Positions 13,495 to 25,368 of a stretch of DNA of 64,000 nt are shown here, in pieces. The stretch is from Mobula hypostoma. Taxonomy: Eukaryota. The number at the start of each line of letters is the position of its first letter. Positions within the stretch are counted from its first letter, which is position 1. The stretch lies in contig NC_086108.1 of the NCBI RefSeq assembly GCF_963921235.1, positions 37,946,001 through 38,010,000 of the forward strand. The letters are read 5' to 3'. Made by a program: the position numbers and the translations under genes. The notes below the pieces were generated by a model. That model was not told where the DNA came from and did no database searches. It saw only the letters and a program-made list of their open reading frames with translations.

Positions 13495-16050
13495 AAAACC
13501 TACCATGGTTTAACTCATATAGGGTAGGACAAGATTAGGGCCCAGCTAGAAAGATACTGCTGGTGGCCAGGGAAGGGGTGCGATATTACTAAATTCTGCC
13601 AATAATGCACAACATGTGAGCCAGAAAAAGCAGTTACAATCTAACCAGGGTATCAGCCACAGCCTAAAGGTCCACGGGAGCAACTTCAGATTGACCTCAC
13701 AGGACCATAACCCCACTCCGTGGGTAAATGGTATTGTTTCATGATTCATTGATCACCTCACCAGGTTGGGGGGAAGTGTTCTTTGCTGAGATGGTAGCCT
13801 ATGTGCTAGCTGAAGAGATAATAACTAGGAGGGGAACACTAGCCATCCTTGATTCGGATCAAAGGACACACTTTACCTTAAAGATGATAAGGAGGGCTAG
13901 CATGTTGTTAGGGGTCAAGAAGAATTTTTACATTTCATATGGACCTCATAGTGCTGGCATGGTTGAGAGATGGAACTGCATCCTAAAAAGGTGCCTAATG
14001 AATGCCCTAATGGAGGTCAGGGAAAGCTGATCTAGGGCAGCATTTCTCAAAATATTTGAGCCGGAGGAGCTCTTGACTCAGGGAACCCTTGCATAAAAAT
14101 GATTATATCTATGCTCACGGTGCATTGGCATAATCAGTAAGTTGTAGATATAATAATACAAAAATAATTATCAATCCTCTTTTGGTGGAGATTGAATTTT
14201 TAGCCAACCTTTCTTGAAAAAAATCAGGTAATTAACCTTAGTTTACCTTTCTTGAAAATAATCTCTTTCTTCCCCTTTCATAAATTTTTAAAACTCATAA
14301 ATTTCTGTTAAATAACTAGCTTAAGCCAAAATAGTATTTAATTTTCTAAATGTAGGCACTATAGAGTTAATTTAAATAAAGGCTGTAAATTGATTTTGTT
14401 TAATGCTATTTACAAAAAAATTATTAGCATTGTTGAAAAGTGAAGTTACAAAAAAGCATAAGCCAAAGCAGTATGAATAAAAATATAGTTTAAGACACAA
14501 TTTTATAGAAGACATTGAAAAAACATTTTCTTACCAAGTGACATGATCAGGCTCAAATATAGGTCTAGCATGTGAAACCCGTGCTTGCTATTTGCTGCAA
14601 AAATTCTCAATTCTTAGTCAAATTTGAGATTAGCACATAGATTTCACCTTCAACTGAAATAAGACAATTTCTATCCTTGCTCTTGATGCCTGTTAAACAA
14701 GAAAAAGCTTGCTTGCACATGTAAGAAGTTGAAAACTGCAGCAAAATGTCCATTGCTTTCCTATGAATAGCAGGATACGCTTCACAGAAATCCAGAACTT
14801 GTCCAGAAGCAGGAAGGGAAATCTCATCTTGAGTGCATGATCAGAGTGCAGCTCACCAAGTTCTTCCTCGTCTCGCCAAGTCAAGTTCTCAGGCTGAGCA
14901 GAAGATTCACAGAAAGGCTCCCTCATTCAGTCATATACTTGAGTTGAAAGGGACGAAATGTATAGTTCAATCTTGTTCTGAAGTTCTTCCAAGTGGTTTT
15001 CAATAAGAGACATTCTGATATCCTTCCTCTCAAGCCTAAGCAGCAGAGGAAACATTTCAAGATTTCTTTTCGCAACATGATTTTTCAAAAGATTCAGTTT
15101 CCTTTTAAATCTAAGAATCTTGTCATTTGAAGTCAAAACATTTTCTCCAGGGCCTTGCAGAGATTTGTTCAACTGGATCACGTAATGAAAAATCCACGCT
15201 AACTAGGCCAGTTTCTGCAGCCATTCTTCATCTTCAAAACACTCTATAAAATCTGTCCTTACTATTTTCATAAGGGGAAGTAGGGAGAGGTAATTTGAGA
15301 GGGAGAGGCTGACTTCACAGCCCAAGTTGGGCGAGTCCATTTGATGCTTGTAAAACGCACTTCACGCTCCTCATCGGCCCACCATTCCCCTCTCAATGCA
15401 ATACAGTGCTCACCAATTATCAATGGTCTCCTCTATCTCACATCAAAAACTCAGAATGGACTCAACCAAATAAACATGTTCCTACTACACACTGCCATAC
15501 TAGGCTGAGAGACCTCTAATGAGATAGCTAACAGGGCTGCTCATCACTGCCCATCACTGCGAGCACTAGAATCTTTCAAAAGGACAATTTTTTAAAAATC
15601 ATTATCTCTCACGGAACCACTGTTGAGAAACCCTGGTTTAGTATCTTACCAGCAGTGCTGATGAAACTACAAGTGAGCTCTGCTCGTGGGACAGGATTTA
15701 ATCCTTTTAAACTAATGATAGGATGGGTTTAGCAAATACCTCAGGATTGGATTAAGGATGACCGAAGAGCTGATAAAGAGTGTATCATCCAGTTTGTACA
15801 GGATAAGGCCATTTGCATGCATGATCTAAAATGGGAGAGTGTGGACTGGGAGCACAAGTATGTCCAGGTAAAGAGGAACTTGCCAGAGCAGGAGGCAAGG
15901 TCACGATTAAGGTTGTACCCGCAAAACTAGGACTACAACACAGATGGACGGGACCAATTATGGTAATCTTGGCCGGGAAATGTATGCTCTAAAAGAAACT
16001 AAGGAAGGGACTGAGTGGAAATACTGATTTCACCTGAAATGATATTTTCA
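13495..16050 (+). pseudogene. ERV integrase remnant, split by the hAT element
   Basis: YHGLTHIG, LQIDL, LDSDQRTHFT, SYGPHSAGMVERWNCILKRCL. Resumes after 15635 as SILPAVLMKL...TGFNPFKLMIG and ...RWTGPI. Confidence 0.85.
14038..15635 (-). mobile_element. Charlie-type hAT DNA transposon, internally deleted
   Basis: TIRs cagcatttctcaa / ttgagaaaccctg; decayed 8-bp TSD atctaggg / gtttagta. Transposase C-terminal remnants LNKSLQG...FKRKL...LEMFP and EEELGELHSD...KFWISV. Confidence 0.88.
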
Positions 16051-17103
16051 GCAGGGATGACTTAACCATGCAAAATACAGGTTTCCCCCGCCATCTGAAG
16101 GTAGAGCGTTCCTATGAAAGGGTTCGTAGACCGGAATGTCATAAAGTGAAGAAGCAATTACCATTTACTTACATGAGAAAAATTTGTGAGCGATCGCAGA
16201 CCCAAAAATTAACTTACCAAATCATGCCAAATAACACATAAAACCTAAAATAACAGTAACATATAGTAAAAGCAGGAATGATATGATAAATACACAGCTT
16301 ATATAAAGTAGAAATACTTTTCTACAATCATTGCCACACTGTTCTCCATTGCGAAAATCTCACGCAAGTGCTTTCGGCAGAAACACAGTGCAAGCGCTCT
16401 TGGTAGAAACACTCTCTCCAGTAACCTTTAAGCTGTGAAGCTGCCAAATCATACCAAATAACACCTAAAAATAGACAGCCTATATAAAGTAGAAATAATG
16501 TATGTACAGTGTAGTATCACTTACTGGAATCAGGAAGATAGCGCCAAGCACACTGATGATCGTGTATTAAGCTGAGTCATCGGAGGTTGGGGTGGTGCAC
16601 TGGTCCCCAACCTCCAGGCAGCGACTGATACTGATCTGCGAAGCATGCAGCAGTACAGCAGTAGCGGGGACGCACCCAGCACATCTTTAAGAAAAAAGCC
16701 TAAATAAACAAGCTAATTAATTAGGTACCACCCGGCACGTAAATGTCGGCCCAGATCAGAGGCGATTGTTTCCATCAGGGCAGGCAGGTCATCTTCTTCT
16801 ATGTCTGCCTGCCTCGATGTCAAAGGTCAAGGTTCATCATCTGCTGTGGCTGATGTGGAATGCTTGAAAAACGACAGTACGCTTGACTGCTTAGCTTCGC
16901 GCATTTTTCTATCATACAGTTCTTTGTAAGCACTCAAACCATCCTGCAAATTTTCCCTAAACCTACGCACCCTTTCAAAATTAAAGTCGTACTTTTCTGC
17001 AATCATTAACAACAGGAATTCTCCAGATGCTGGAAATTCAAGCAACACACATAAAAGTTGCTGGTGAACGCAGCAGGCCAAGCAGCATCTCTAGGAAGAG
17101 GTA

Positions 17104-17141
17104 CAGTTGACGTTTCAGGCCGAGACCCTTCGTCAGGACTA
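17104..17141 (-). ncRNA. Minimal type I hammerhead ribozyme in the inverted pLTR
   Basis: Reverse complement tagtc CTGACGA agg gtctcgg cct GAAA cGTC aactg. Core intact; one mismatch in helix I next to the cleavage site. Confidence 0.75.
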
Positions 17142-19307
17142 ACTGAAGGAAGAGTGAATAAGGGATTTGAAAGTTGGAGGGGGAGGGGGAGATCCAAAAT
17201 GATAGGAGAAGACAGAAGGGGGAGGGATGGAGCCAAGAGCTGGACAGGTGATAGGCAAAAGGGATACGAGAGGATCATGGGACAGGAGGTCCGGGAAGAA
17301 AGACAAGGAGGTGTGGGGGGGGGGGGACCCAGAGGATGGGCAAGAGGTATATTCAGAGGGACAGAGGGAGAAAAAGGAGAGTGAGAGAAAGAATGTGTGT
17401 ATAAAAATAAGTAACAGATGGGGTACGAGGGGGAGGTGGGGCATTAGCGGAAGTTAGAGAAGTCGATGTTCATGCCATCAGGTTGGAGGCTACCCAGACG
17501 GAATATAAGGTGTTGTTCCTCCAACCTGAGTGTGGCTTCATCTTTACAGTAGAGGAGGCCGTGGATAGACATGTCAGAATGGGAATGGGATGTGGAATTA
17601 AACTTTTTGATGATTTTAAGTTCCCTGGCCCCCACCGCTTTGTTTTCACCATGGATGTCCAGTTCCTATATACTTCCATCCCCCATCAGGAAGGTCTCAA
17701 AGCTCTACACTTCTTTTCAGATTCCAGACCTAATCAGTTCCCCTCTACCACCACTCTGCTCCGTCTAGCGGAATTAGTCCTTACTCTTAATAATTTCTCC
17801 TTTGGCTCCTCCCACTTCCTCCGAACTAAAGGTGTAGCTATGGGCACCCATATGGGTCCTAGCTATGCCTGCCTTTTCGTTGGCTTTGTGGAACAATCTA
17901 TGTTCCGTGCCTATTCTGGTATCTGTCCCCCACTTTTACTTCGCTACATCGACGACTGCATTGGTGCTGCTTCCTGCACGCATGCAGAGCTCGTTGACTT
18001 TATTAACTTTGCCTCCAACTTTCACCCTGCCCTCAAGTTTATCTGGTCCATTTCCGACACCTCCCTCCCCTTTCTAGATCTTTCTGTCTCTGTCTCTGGA
18101 GACAGCTTATCCACTGATGACTACTATAAGCCTACTGACTCTCACAGCTATCTGGACTATTCCTCTTCTCACCCTGTCTCTTGCAAAAACGCCATCCCCT
18201 TCTCGAAATTCCTCCGTCTCCGCCGCATCTGCTCTCAGGATGACGCTTTTCATTCTAGGACGAGGGAGATGTCTTCCTTTTTTAAAGAAAGGGGCTTCCC
18301 TTCCTCCACTATCAACTCTGCTCTCAAACGCATCTCCCCCATTTCACGTACATCTGCTCTCACTCCATCCTCCCGCCACCCCACTAGGAATAGGGTTCCC
18401 CTGGTCCTCACCTACCACCCCACCAGCCTCCGGGTCCAACATATTATTCTCCGTAACTTCCACCACCTCCAACGGGATTCCACCACTAAGCACATCTTTC
18501 CCTCCCCCGCTGTCTCTGCCTTCCACAGGGGTCACTTCCTACGCGACTCCCTTGTCCATTCGTCCCCCCCATCCCTCCCCACTGATCTCCCTCCTGGCAC
18601 TTAACCGTGTAAGCGGAACAAGTGCTACACATGCCCTTACACTTCTTCCCTTACCACCATTCAAGGCCCCAAACAGTCCTTCCAGGTGAGGCAACACTTC
18701 ACCTGTAAGTCAGCTGGGGTGATATACTGCGTCCGGTGCTCCCAATGTGGCCTTTTATATATTGGTGAGACCCGATGCAGACTGGGAGACCACTTTCCTG
18801 AACACCTACGCTCTGTCCGCCAGAGAAAGCAGGATCTCCCAGTGGCCACACATTTTAATTCCGCATCCCATTCCCATTCTGACATGTCTATCCATGGCCT
18901 CCTCTACTGTAAAGATGAAGCCACACTCAGGTTGGAGGAACAACACCTTATATTCCGTCTGGGTAGCCTCCAACCTGATGGCATGAACATCGACTTCTCT
19001 AACTTCCGCTAATGCCCCACCTCCCCCTCGTACCCCTTGTGTTACTTATTTTTATACACACATTCTTTCTCTCACTCTCCTTTTTCTGCCTCTGTCCCTC
19101 TGAATATACCCCTTGCCCATCCTCTGGGTCCCCCCCGCCCCCCCGTCTTTCTTCCCGGACCTCCTGTCCCATGATCCTCTCGTATCCCTTTTGCCTATCA
19201 CCTGTCCAGCTCTTGGCTCCATCCCTCCCCCTCCTGTCTTCTCCTATCATTTTGAATCTCCCCCTCCCCCTCCAACTTTCAAATCCCTTACTCACTCTTC
19301 CTTCAGT

Positions 19308-19345
19308 TAGTCCTGACGAAGGGTCTCGGCCTGAAACGTCGACTG
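19308..19345 (+). ncRNA. Minimal type I hammerhead ribozyme
   Basis: tagtc CTGACGA agg gtctcgg cct GAAA cGTC gactg. Helix I tagtc/gactg, helix II agg/cct, palindromic ACGT helix III, predicted cut after 19340. Confidence 0.85.
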
Positions 19346-19939
19346 CACCTCTTCCTAGAGATGCTGCCTGGCCTGCTGCGTTCACCAACAACTTTCATGT
19401 GTGTTTCTGCAATCATTGCTGTCAATTGCAGCGAAAATCTCACGCAGTTGCTTCACATTCAGTTCCTGGATGACTTCACTTTCGGTCCGTTCGCTGCTGC
19501 ATTCGGTTTCAATTGTTATCCCTTCCTCTTCCAATTGCATCAGCTCTTCATCTATCAGTTCTTGGCCATGGGATGCCAAAACCTCTTCAACATCATCTTC
19601 CTCAACTTCCACAAGCCAAACTCACTTCGTCCTTACTTGGTTCACCACGATCGAAACACTTAATTATGTCTAGTTTTATGCTAAGTGTAACACCCTCTTT
19701 TAGGCTCTTCCGATACCTTAAAACTCATCTTGCTAACAGATGCTCACAGGCATGTGTTTAAGCAATGCCGGCTAGAATGCAGTTCCGGGGCAGCAGCTTG
19801 GCTGCTCGGGGCACGCGCTGTCTTTTTTCGTAACAGTGAAAACACCTTCTGTTAGCGAAAACAGGTAACTAATGTAGGTCTTTCGTAACTGCGAGGTTTC
19901 GTAAAGTGAACGTTCGAAAAGCAGGGGACACCTGCACAG

Positions 19940-21800
19940 TATATCCGCAGGAACAGTAAACATGGAGACCAACAAACTATGCTCTGAAGAATCTATATAA
20001 TTGGATGTGTCATTCTTTTGAGGTCTCTCTTGATAGCAAACAAAATGCAGACTGTAAATTGAGGGACTAATGAAGAAAACTAACTGTGGGTTGTACCAGT
20101 TTTATGCGGTTTCACATCAGGGACGATAGCATGCAATGCTATGAAATGGACTTTTGAAAACTGCACAAACCTCAGGGAACATCCAGTGGGGAGTAGGCAT
20201 ACACAAGAGGGGGAATTCCGTGTTTATATTTGTCATGGTCAGATATGGAACCAACAAACTATTCACACTTAAGTGCAACAATGAAACTTATTCGGTAGCA
20301 CGACAAGGGCTGATCTGTTCGGGAATTGATCTCTGCAGGATCACTTCTTACCACAAGAGAACCATGTGTACTGAAGGCCAGAAGAACACTAGGGGGATAG
20401 GGTTAAAACTTAGAGATGGGTGAAAGGGTTACACTAGAACCAGGCTACAGACACCTGCAGATAGTTTTAACCTGACTGTTTAACAGCTACCTAGTTTTTT
20501 GCGGGACAGTACAAATCACCTTTTCAACATTTACTCTGTAGGCAAGCTACTCATAGTGAGTTTAGGACAGAAAAGCAGAGAAGTGAAAAGGGGCTCGATT
20601 GAGTTGTTAGGAGCAGGATATTCGGCAGTTGTGTTCACAGTCATTACTTTAGATATAGCAGAAATAGATATGCAACCTTCAGCAGAGGTTGAAGAGGATC
20701 ACAAAACCAAATTATGGTGATTTGGAACAAGCTAGCAAAATAGGGGTAGAAGGGGAGTTAGAAACTATCCAGTTATTGCAGCCATTAAAGGATATAACTA
20801 ACGAGATTATTGATAGAGTGAATATTAACACCTGATCCTGTGGTAAAAATGCAGCCTGTACAATGTATGCTGCCTGGCTCTTGTCTGTAGTCAGGATAAG
20901 TTTTGCACAGTTAGAAGGTCACAGAATCTCAAACAGGGCAGACAAGCAGCTGAAAGACTAGCTGGGTGAAGACCCCTGTGTGCTTCCTTTTGAGATCTCA
21001 TTCTGACTAACCATACTCCAGGAGACTGCAAAAATGAGAGGAGTCCAATATATGCTGCAGTGACAATCAGAAGTATGCACTTATGAAAATGCATAATGTC
21101 AGAAAATACCATGAGGGAACTTAGATATCTTGAAGCAACCCACCAGCCTATGCAATGGAGTTACACAAAGGGAGCATCATCAGGCATGTCCAGAGGAGAT
21201 TATATGAAGAAGTCTGACTGAATGCAGTTTTGCCTTACATGATAACTATTCCCTGTTCATATAGCCCACTGAAAAATGAAAACTTTCTGAACAATACTTT
21301 GTTGAACATTTACAACATCGCAACATCAGCATGAACATATTACAAGGAGTAGTTATAATGTAGTCTGACTGGCTATAATGTGATATCTCAATCGAATTAA
21401 TGATTGCAGAGCACAGCCTGCCTAAGAACTGATGCTGGATCTCGAGCTGGAGCTTACCATTTCTGGTAGTGACACAGAAAAAAGACTGCACAGGTATGTA
21501 GCCACAGAATGACCACTCATTCCACACTTTACTGCTGATTGGGAAAAGATTGTCTGAGAGGGGATAAGGAAGCCACTATGAAATGGGATGCACTGTCAAT
21601 ACCGATAACAGATCATTAGAATACTGCCAAATTGGCTCGAGAGAAACTCTCCGTTTGAGTCAATATTTGGAATTGGGATATGAATTTAGAAATCCATCCC
21701 TGCATTTGACTTACGCCATTGTTGTACAGCTGATTATTTTAATAACTGTTATTATTTTAGTGTGCAAGTAGAGCATAGGTGTGATAGTCATTTAGTTGGC
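19940..21800 (+). pseudogene. ERV env remnant
   Basis: Basic cleavage-like site SREVKR (REVKR at 20577-20591), then hydrophobic GSIELLGAGYSAVVFTVITLDI, a heptad-like segment, AACTMYAAWLL, and a C-terminal anchor YAIVVQLIILITVIILVCK. Many stops and frameshifts. Confidence 0.65.
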
Positions 21801-21867
21801 CAAACAAGAGTATTGTTCGGGATCTAATCTTAAGGCTGTTCTAGGCCAAGGGCCAAGAGGGGAGGAC

Positions 21868-22161
21868 TGTTGTAGAGAATGTCATTGTGAGGGTTAATAA
21901 TTAATAAATCAAGATATAGAATATGCTAATATGGTAACAGGTAACCCCAAACAAAAGTAGAGACATGGAATGCAGCAGTGACAACACCCAGGTTATACAG
22001 TAATAAACTATAAAGTATAAGATTTCAGAAACTTCACTAATGTGTTATAAAGTGCACCCATTGTCATAATAGAAAATGGAGTTGCTGTTAGAGCTGTAGA
22101 TAATCATTCTATTCTGTAATCACAATCTAGTCTACCACTTAATAGAGCCACCATTCTGCCA
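21868..22161 (+). repeat. ERV 3' LTR
   Basis: TG...CA ends, preceded by the polypurine tract aagaggggagga (21855-21866). Homologous to 11140-11388. Confidence 0.8.
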
Positions 22162-22519
22162 TAAAAATGGCATTTTTCAGGGAATTTTGCCAATTGAGAA
22201 TGTTAAAGCTGAACCAAAATTCACGCTTGGGTAGATCAGCTTTGGCTGGCTTCCCCTGTGCACTCCAGTTTTTAATAAATCACCAACTCCAGGTAATCTT
22301 TCCGCTTGCTCCTACAAGAAGACTAAAGTCATTGACTTTAGTTCAAGTATAAACTCAGTTCTACAGCTTTATACACCACTAGCCATCCTTGATGTGCCTA
22401 TATTGATGACATTCTAAACTCTTTGCAACCTCAACTAAACCTCTGGATCCTTTATTAGCTTCATTTATAGACTCATCACCAACTCTGCTTCTACTTGATT
22501 TGACTCAAGGTATGACTCA

Positions 22520-23335
22520 AGTAATGATGAGTCGGAGTACAGAGGGAGATAGAGGTCAGGATAACAACCTTTCCCTCACTGACAGTTAAGAAAAGGAGCT
22601 GGTCATTGACTTCAGAAAGGGGGCAGTGCAATGTTCCTGTCTACATCAATGGCGCTATGGTTGAGAGCTTCACGATGCTAGAAGTGAACATCACCAATAG
22701 ACTGTCCTCGCCCAACTGTATTAACACCATGGCCAAGAAAGCTCACGAGCAGCTTTACTTCCTTAGCCAGCTAATGAAATTTGTAATGTCCCCTTTGACC
22801 TTCACCAATGTTACTGATGCACCGTAGAAAGCACCCAATCCAGATGCATCACAGTCTGGTCTGGGAAATGCTGTGCCCAAGTCTGAAGAGTTAGTGGATG
22901 CATCTGAGCACATCAGGAAAACTAGCCTTCCGTCTGTAGACTCTGTGTACACTTCACTGCCTCACTAAAGCCGTCTGCATAATCAAAGACCCAACCACCT
23001 CTGACATTTTTTCTTCTCTCCTCCCATCATGCAGAAGATACAAAAGCCTGAAAAGCCAGGTTCAAAAACAGCTTCTGTCTTGCTGTTATAATACTATTCG
23101 AATGATTCCTCAGCACAATAAAACAGACTCTTGACTTCACAATCTACCTCGTTATGAACTTACAGCTTATTATGTCCTGTACCGCATTTCCTCTGTAATT
23201 GTAACACTTTATTCTATGTTCTGTTATGGTTTTACCTTGTACTACCTCAAAGCACTGCTGTAGTTAATTGATCTGTAGTATGCAATGCAAGTTTTTCACT
23301 CTACCTCAGGACATGTAACGATAATAAACTAATCT
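22520..23335 (+). mobile_element. Rex1/Babar-type LINE 3' fragment, decayed
   Basis: PVYINGAMVE...MAKKAHEQLYFL remnants and a LINE-type 3' UTR. Confidence 0.75.
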
Positions 23336-23475
23336 ACCTGATCACATGCTTTGCTGGAATTCTTATCCATATCTTTGCCATACTCAGATTCAAATATGCT
23401 ATTCCTCCCTGGTCAGCCTCACAGTTCACAATTTCCAAATCCCAAGATCAAGATCAGTTTAATCATCACCTCTGA

Positions 23476-24320
23476 TCAGATTAGATTAAATTAGATTAGA
23501 TTCAACTTTATTGTCATTGTGCCAAGTACAGATACAAAGCCAATGAAATGCATTTAGCATCTGACCAGAAATGCAAAGAATAGTGTTATTTACAAAATAA
23601 CTGCAAATAAAAAAAGTGCTACAGTTCACAAATATAAAAGTACTGAGACAGTACTATACGGATGCAATGCTGCCGAGCGCCGTGATGAGAGGTTCAGCAG
23701 GGTCACAGCCTCAGGGAAGAAGCTCTTCCTGTGCCTGCTGGTGTGGGAGCGGAGGCTCCTGTAGCGCCTACCGGATGGGAGGAGAGTAAAAAGTCCATGG
23801 TTAGGGTGTGATGCATCCCTGAAAATGCTTTTCACCCTGCCCAGGCAGCATTTATAGTGGATGTTCTCAATGGTGGGCAATTGGGTGCCGATAATCTGCT
23901 GGGCAGTTTTAACCACATGCTGGAATGCTTTGCGGTCCGATATGGGAAAATTGCCATACCACACTGAGATGCAGTTGGTGAGTATGCTCTCAATGGTACA
24001 GTGGTAAAAGTCTGTCAGTATCCTGGGACAAAGGTGAGCTTTCTTCATGCTCCACAGGAAATAAAGGCTCTGTTGCGCCTTTTTGATCAGGATGGAGGAG
24101 TTCAGGGACCAGGTGAGATCCTCGGAAATGTGGACACCAACGGAATTTGAAGCTTGATACATGCTCCACTACAGCTCCGTTGATGTAGATAGGGACGTGA
24201 GTGTGACTCCTGCCATGCCTGAAGTCCACAATGATCTCCTTGGTCTTTTGGGTGTTAAGGGCTAGATTGCTGTCGGCACACCACGCAGCCAGGTGCTGGA
24301 CCTCGTCACTGACCAACCCT
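23476..24320 (-). mobile_element. Rex1/Babar-type LINE 3' portion
   Basis: LALNTQKTKEIIVDFR...GVHISEDLTW...KKAQQSLYFL...FYHCTIESIL...LLPSGRRYRSL; (attag)n tail on the plus strand at 23476-23502. Confidence 0.9.
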
Positions 24321-24394
24321 GGCTCCCAGTCAAGCTGTCTAAAGCTCTCAACATTTTTCGTCATATCCTTTCCTGGTTTTGGGTCTTCCTATCC

Positions 24395-25040
24395 ATAGAA
24401 CTGTACATCATAGTACAGGCCCTTTGACCCATGGTGTTATGTCAATCTTTTAACCTACTCCAAAATCAAACTAAATCCTCCCTCCTGCATTGCCCTATCT
24501 AAAAGTCTCTTAAATGCCCCGAACGTATTTAACTCTACTGTCAACTCTGGGAATGCATCCCATGCAACGACCACTGTCTGTGTAAAAAAAACTTAACTCT
24601 GAGAACACCCATTGGTTTTACTCCATTCATCATAAAATTATGTCCTCTCATATTAGCTATTAATTGCTGGATGAAATGGGCCATTCCTAGCAAGCAATGT
24701 GATAATGGGAAACTTGAAGCTCAGTCTCCTTTACAAGAGATGCAACATAGATCATTTAAAAGCAATCACCTTTAAATTCTGCCCTCTCATATTAGCATTT
24801 CCACCTGGAAAACAGGCACTGACTATCCACTCTATTATTGCCTCTTATCATTTTATCCACTTCAATTAAGTCACCTCTCATTCTCATCTTTTCTTTTCTT
24901 TTAAAAGCCTTTGTTCATTCAACCTTTCCTCATAAGACATGCTCTCCAAATCCTGGTAAATCTCCTCTGCACATTTTCTAAAGCTTCCACATCCTCCCTA
25001 CAACGAGGCGACCAGAACTAAACACGATACTCTGCGTGGC
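24395..25040 (-). mobile_element. CR1-clade LINE 3' fragment, rearranged
   Basis: Reverse complement of the VQFWSP...RGDLIEV region and the CR1 3' UTR. A short segment is duplicated (about 24635-24660 vs 24770-24800). Confidence 0.7.
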
Positions 25041-25209
25041 TAACCGGACATTAATGGCTGTTCAAAAAGCAAGAGTGACACAAGCTCCAACCTACACAAT
25101 CTCTGAGTAATCCCAAATTTATTTAAAATTAGGAAAGACTGAGATAAAATCAATCCAAATTAGCAATATAAATAATGCATAGAAATTTCGATTGAGGTTT
25201 ACATGCTTA

Positions 25210-25368
<159 letters not shown>

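Larger units (their letters stand above)
17008..19403 (+). mobile_element. Penelope-like element (Neptune type) with inverted pseudo-LTR at its 5' end
   Basis: Inverted 3' segment 17008-17602, then forward RT (MDV..LYTSI, GVAMG, RYIDD) and GIY-YIG (VIYCVRC...YIGET). 14-bp TSD tttctgcaatcatt at 16994-17007 and 19404-19417. Confidence 0.95.
16078..19934 (-). mobile_element. Tigger/pogo-type DNA transposon, internally deleted, interrupted by a Penelope element
   Basis: TIRs caggtttcccc / ggggacacctg, preceded by TA and followed by CA. Transposase C-terminus DVEEVLASHGQELIDEELMQLEEE...DFNFERVRRF...YKELYDRKMREAKQSSVLSFFK reads across the insertion. Confidence 0.85.
11140..22161 (+). mobile_element. 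Ancient endogenous retrovirus (LTR-gag-partial pol-env-LTR) interrupted by nested insertions
   Basis: Two diverged direct repeats, a PPT before the second, and RNase H, integrase and env-like remnants in retroviral order. No RT remnant recognised. Confidence 0.8.

Noticed and set aside
17483..18604. 373-aa ORF as a novel gene
   Set aside because: It is a chimera: the N-terminus is the antisense of the inverted arm fused by chance to a truncated Penelope RT.
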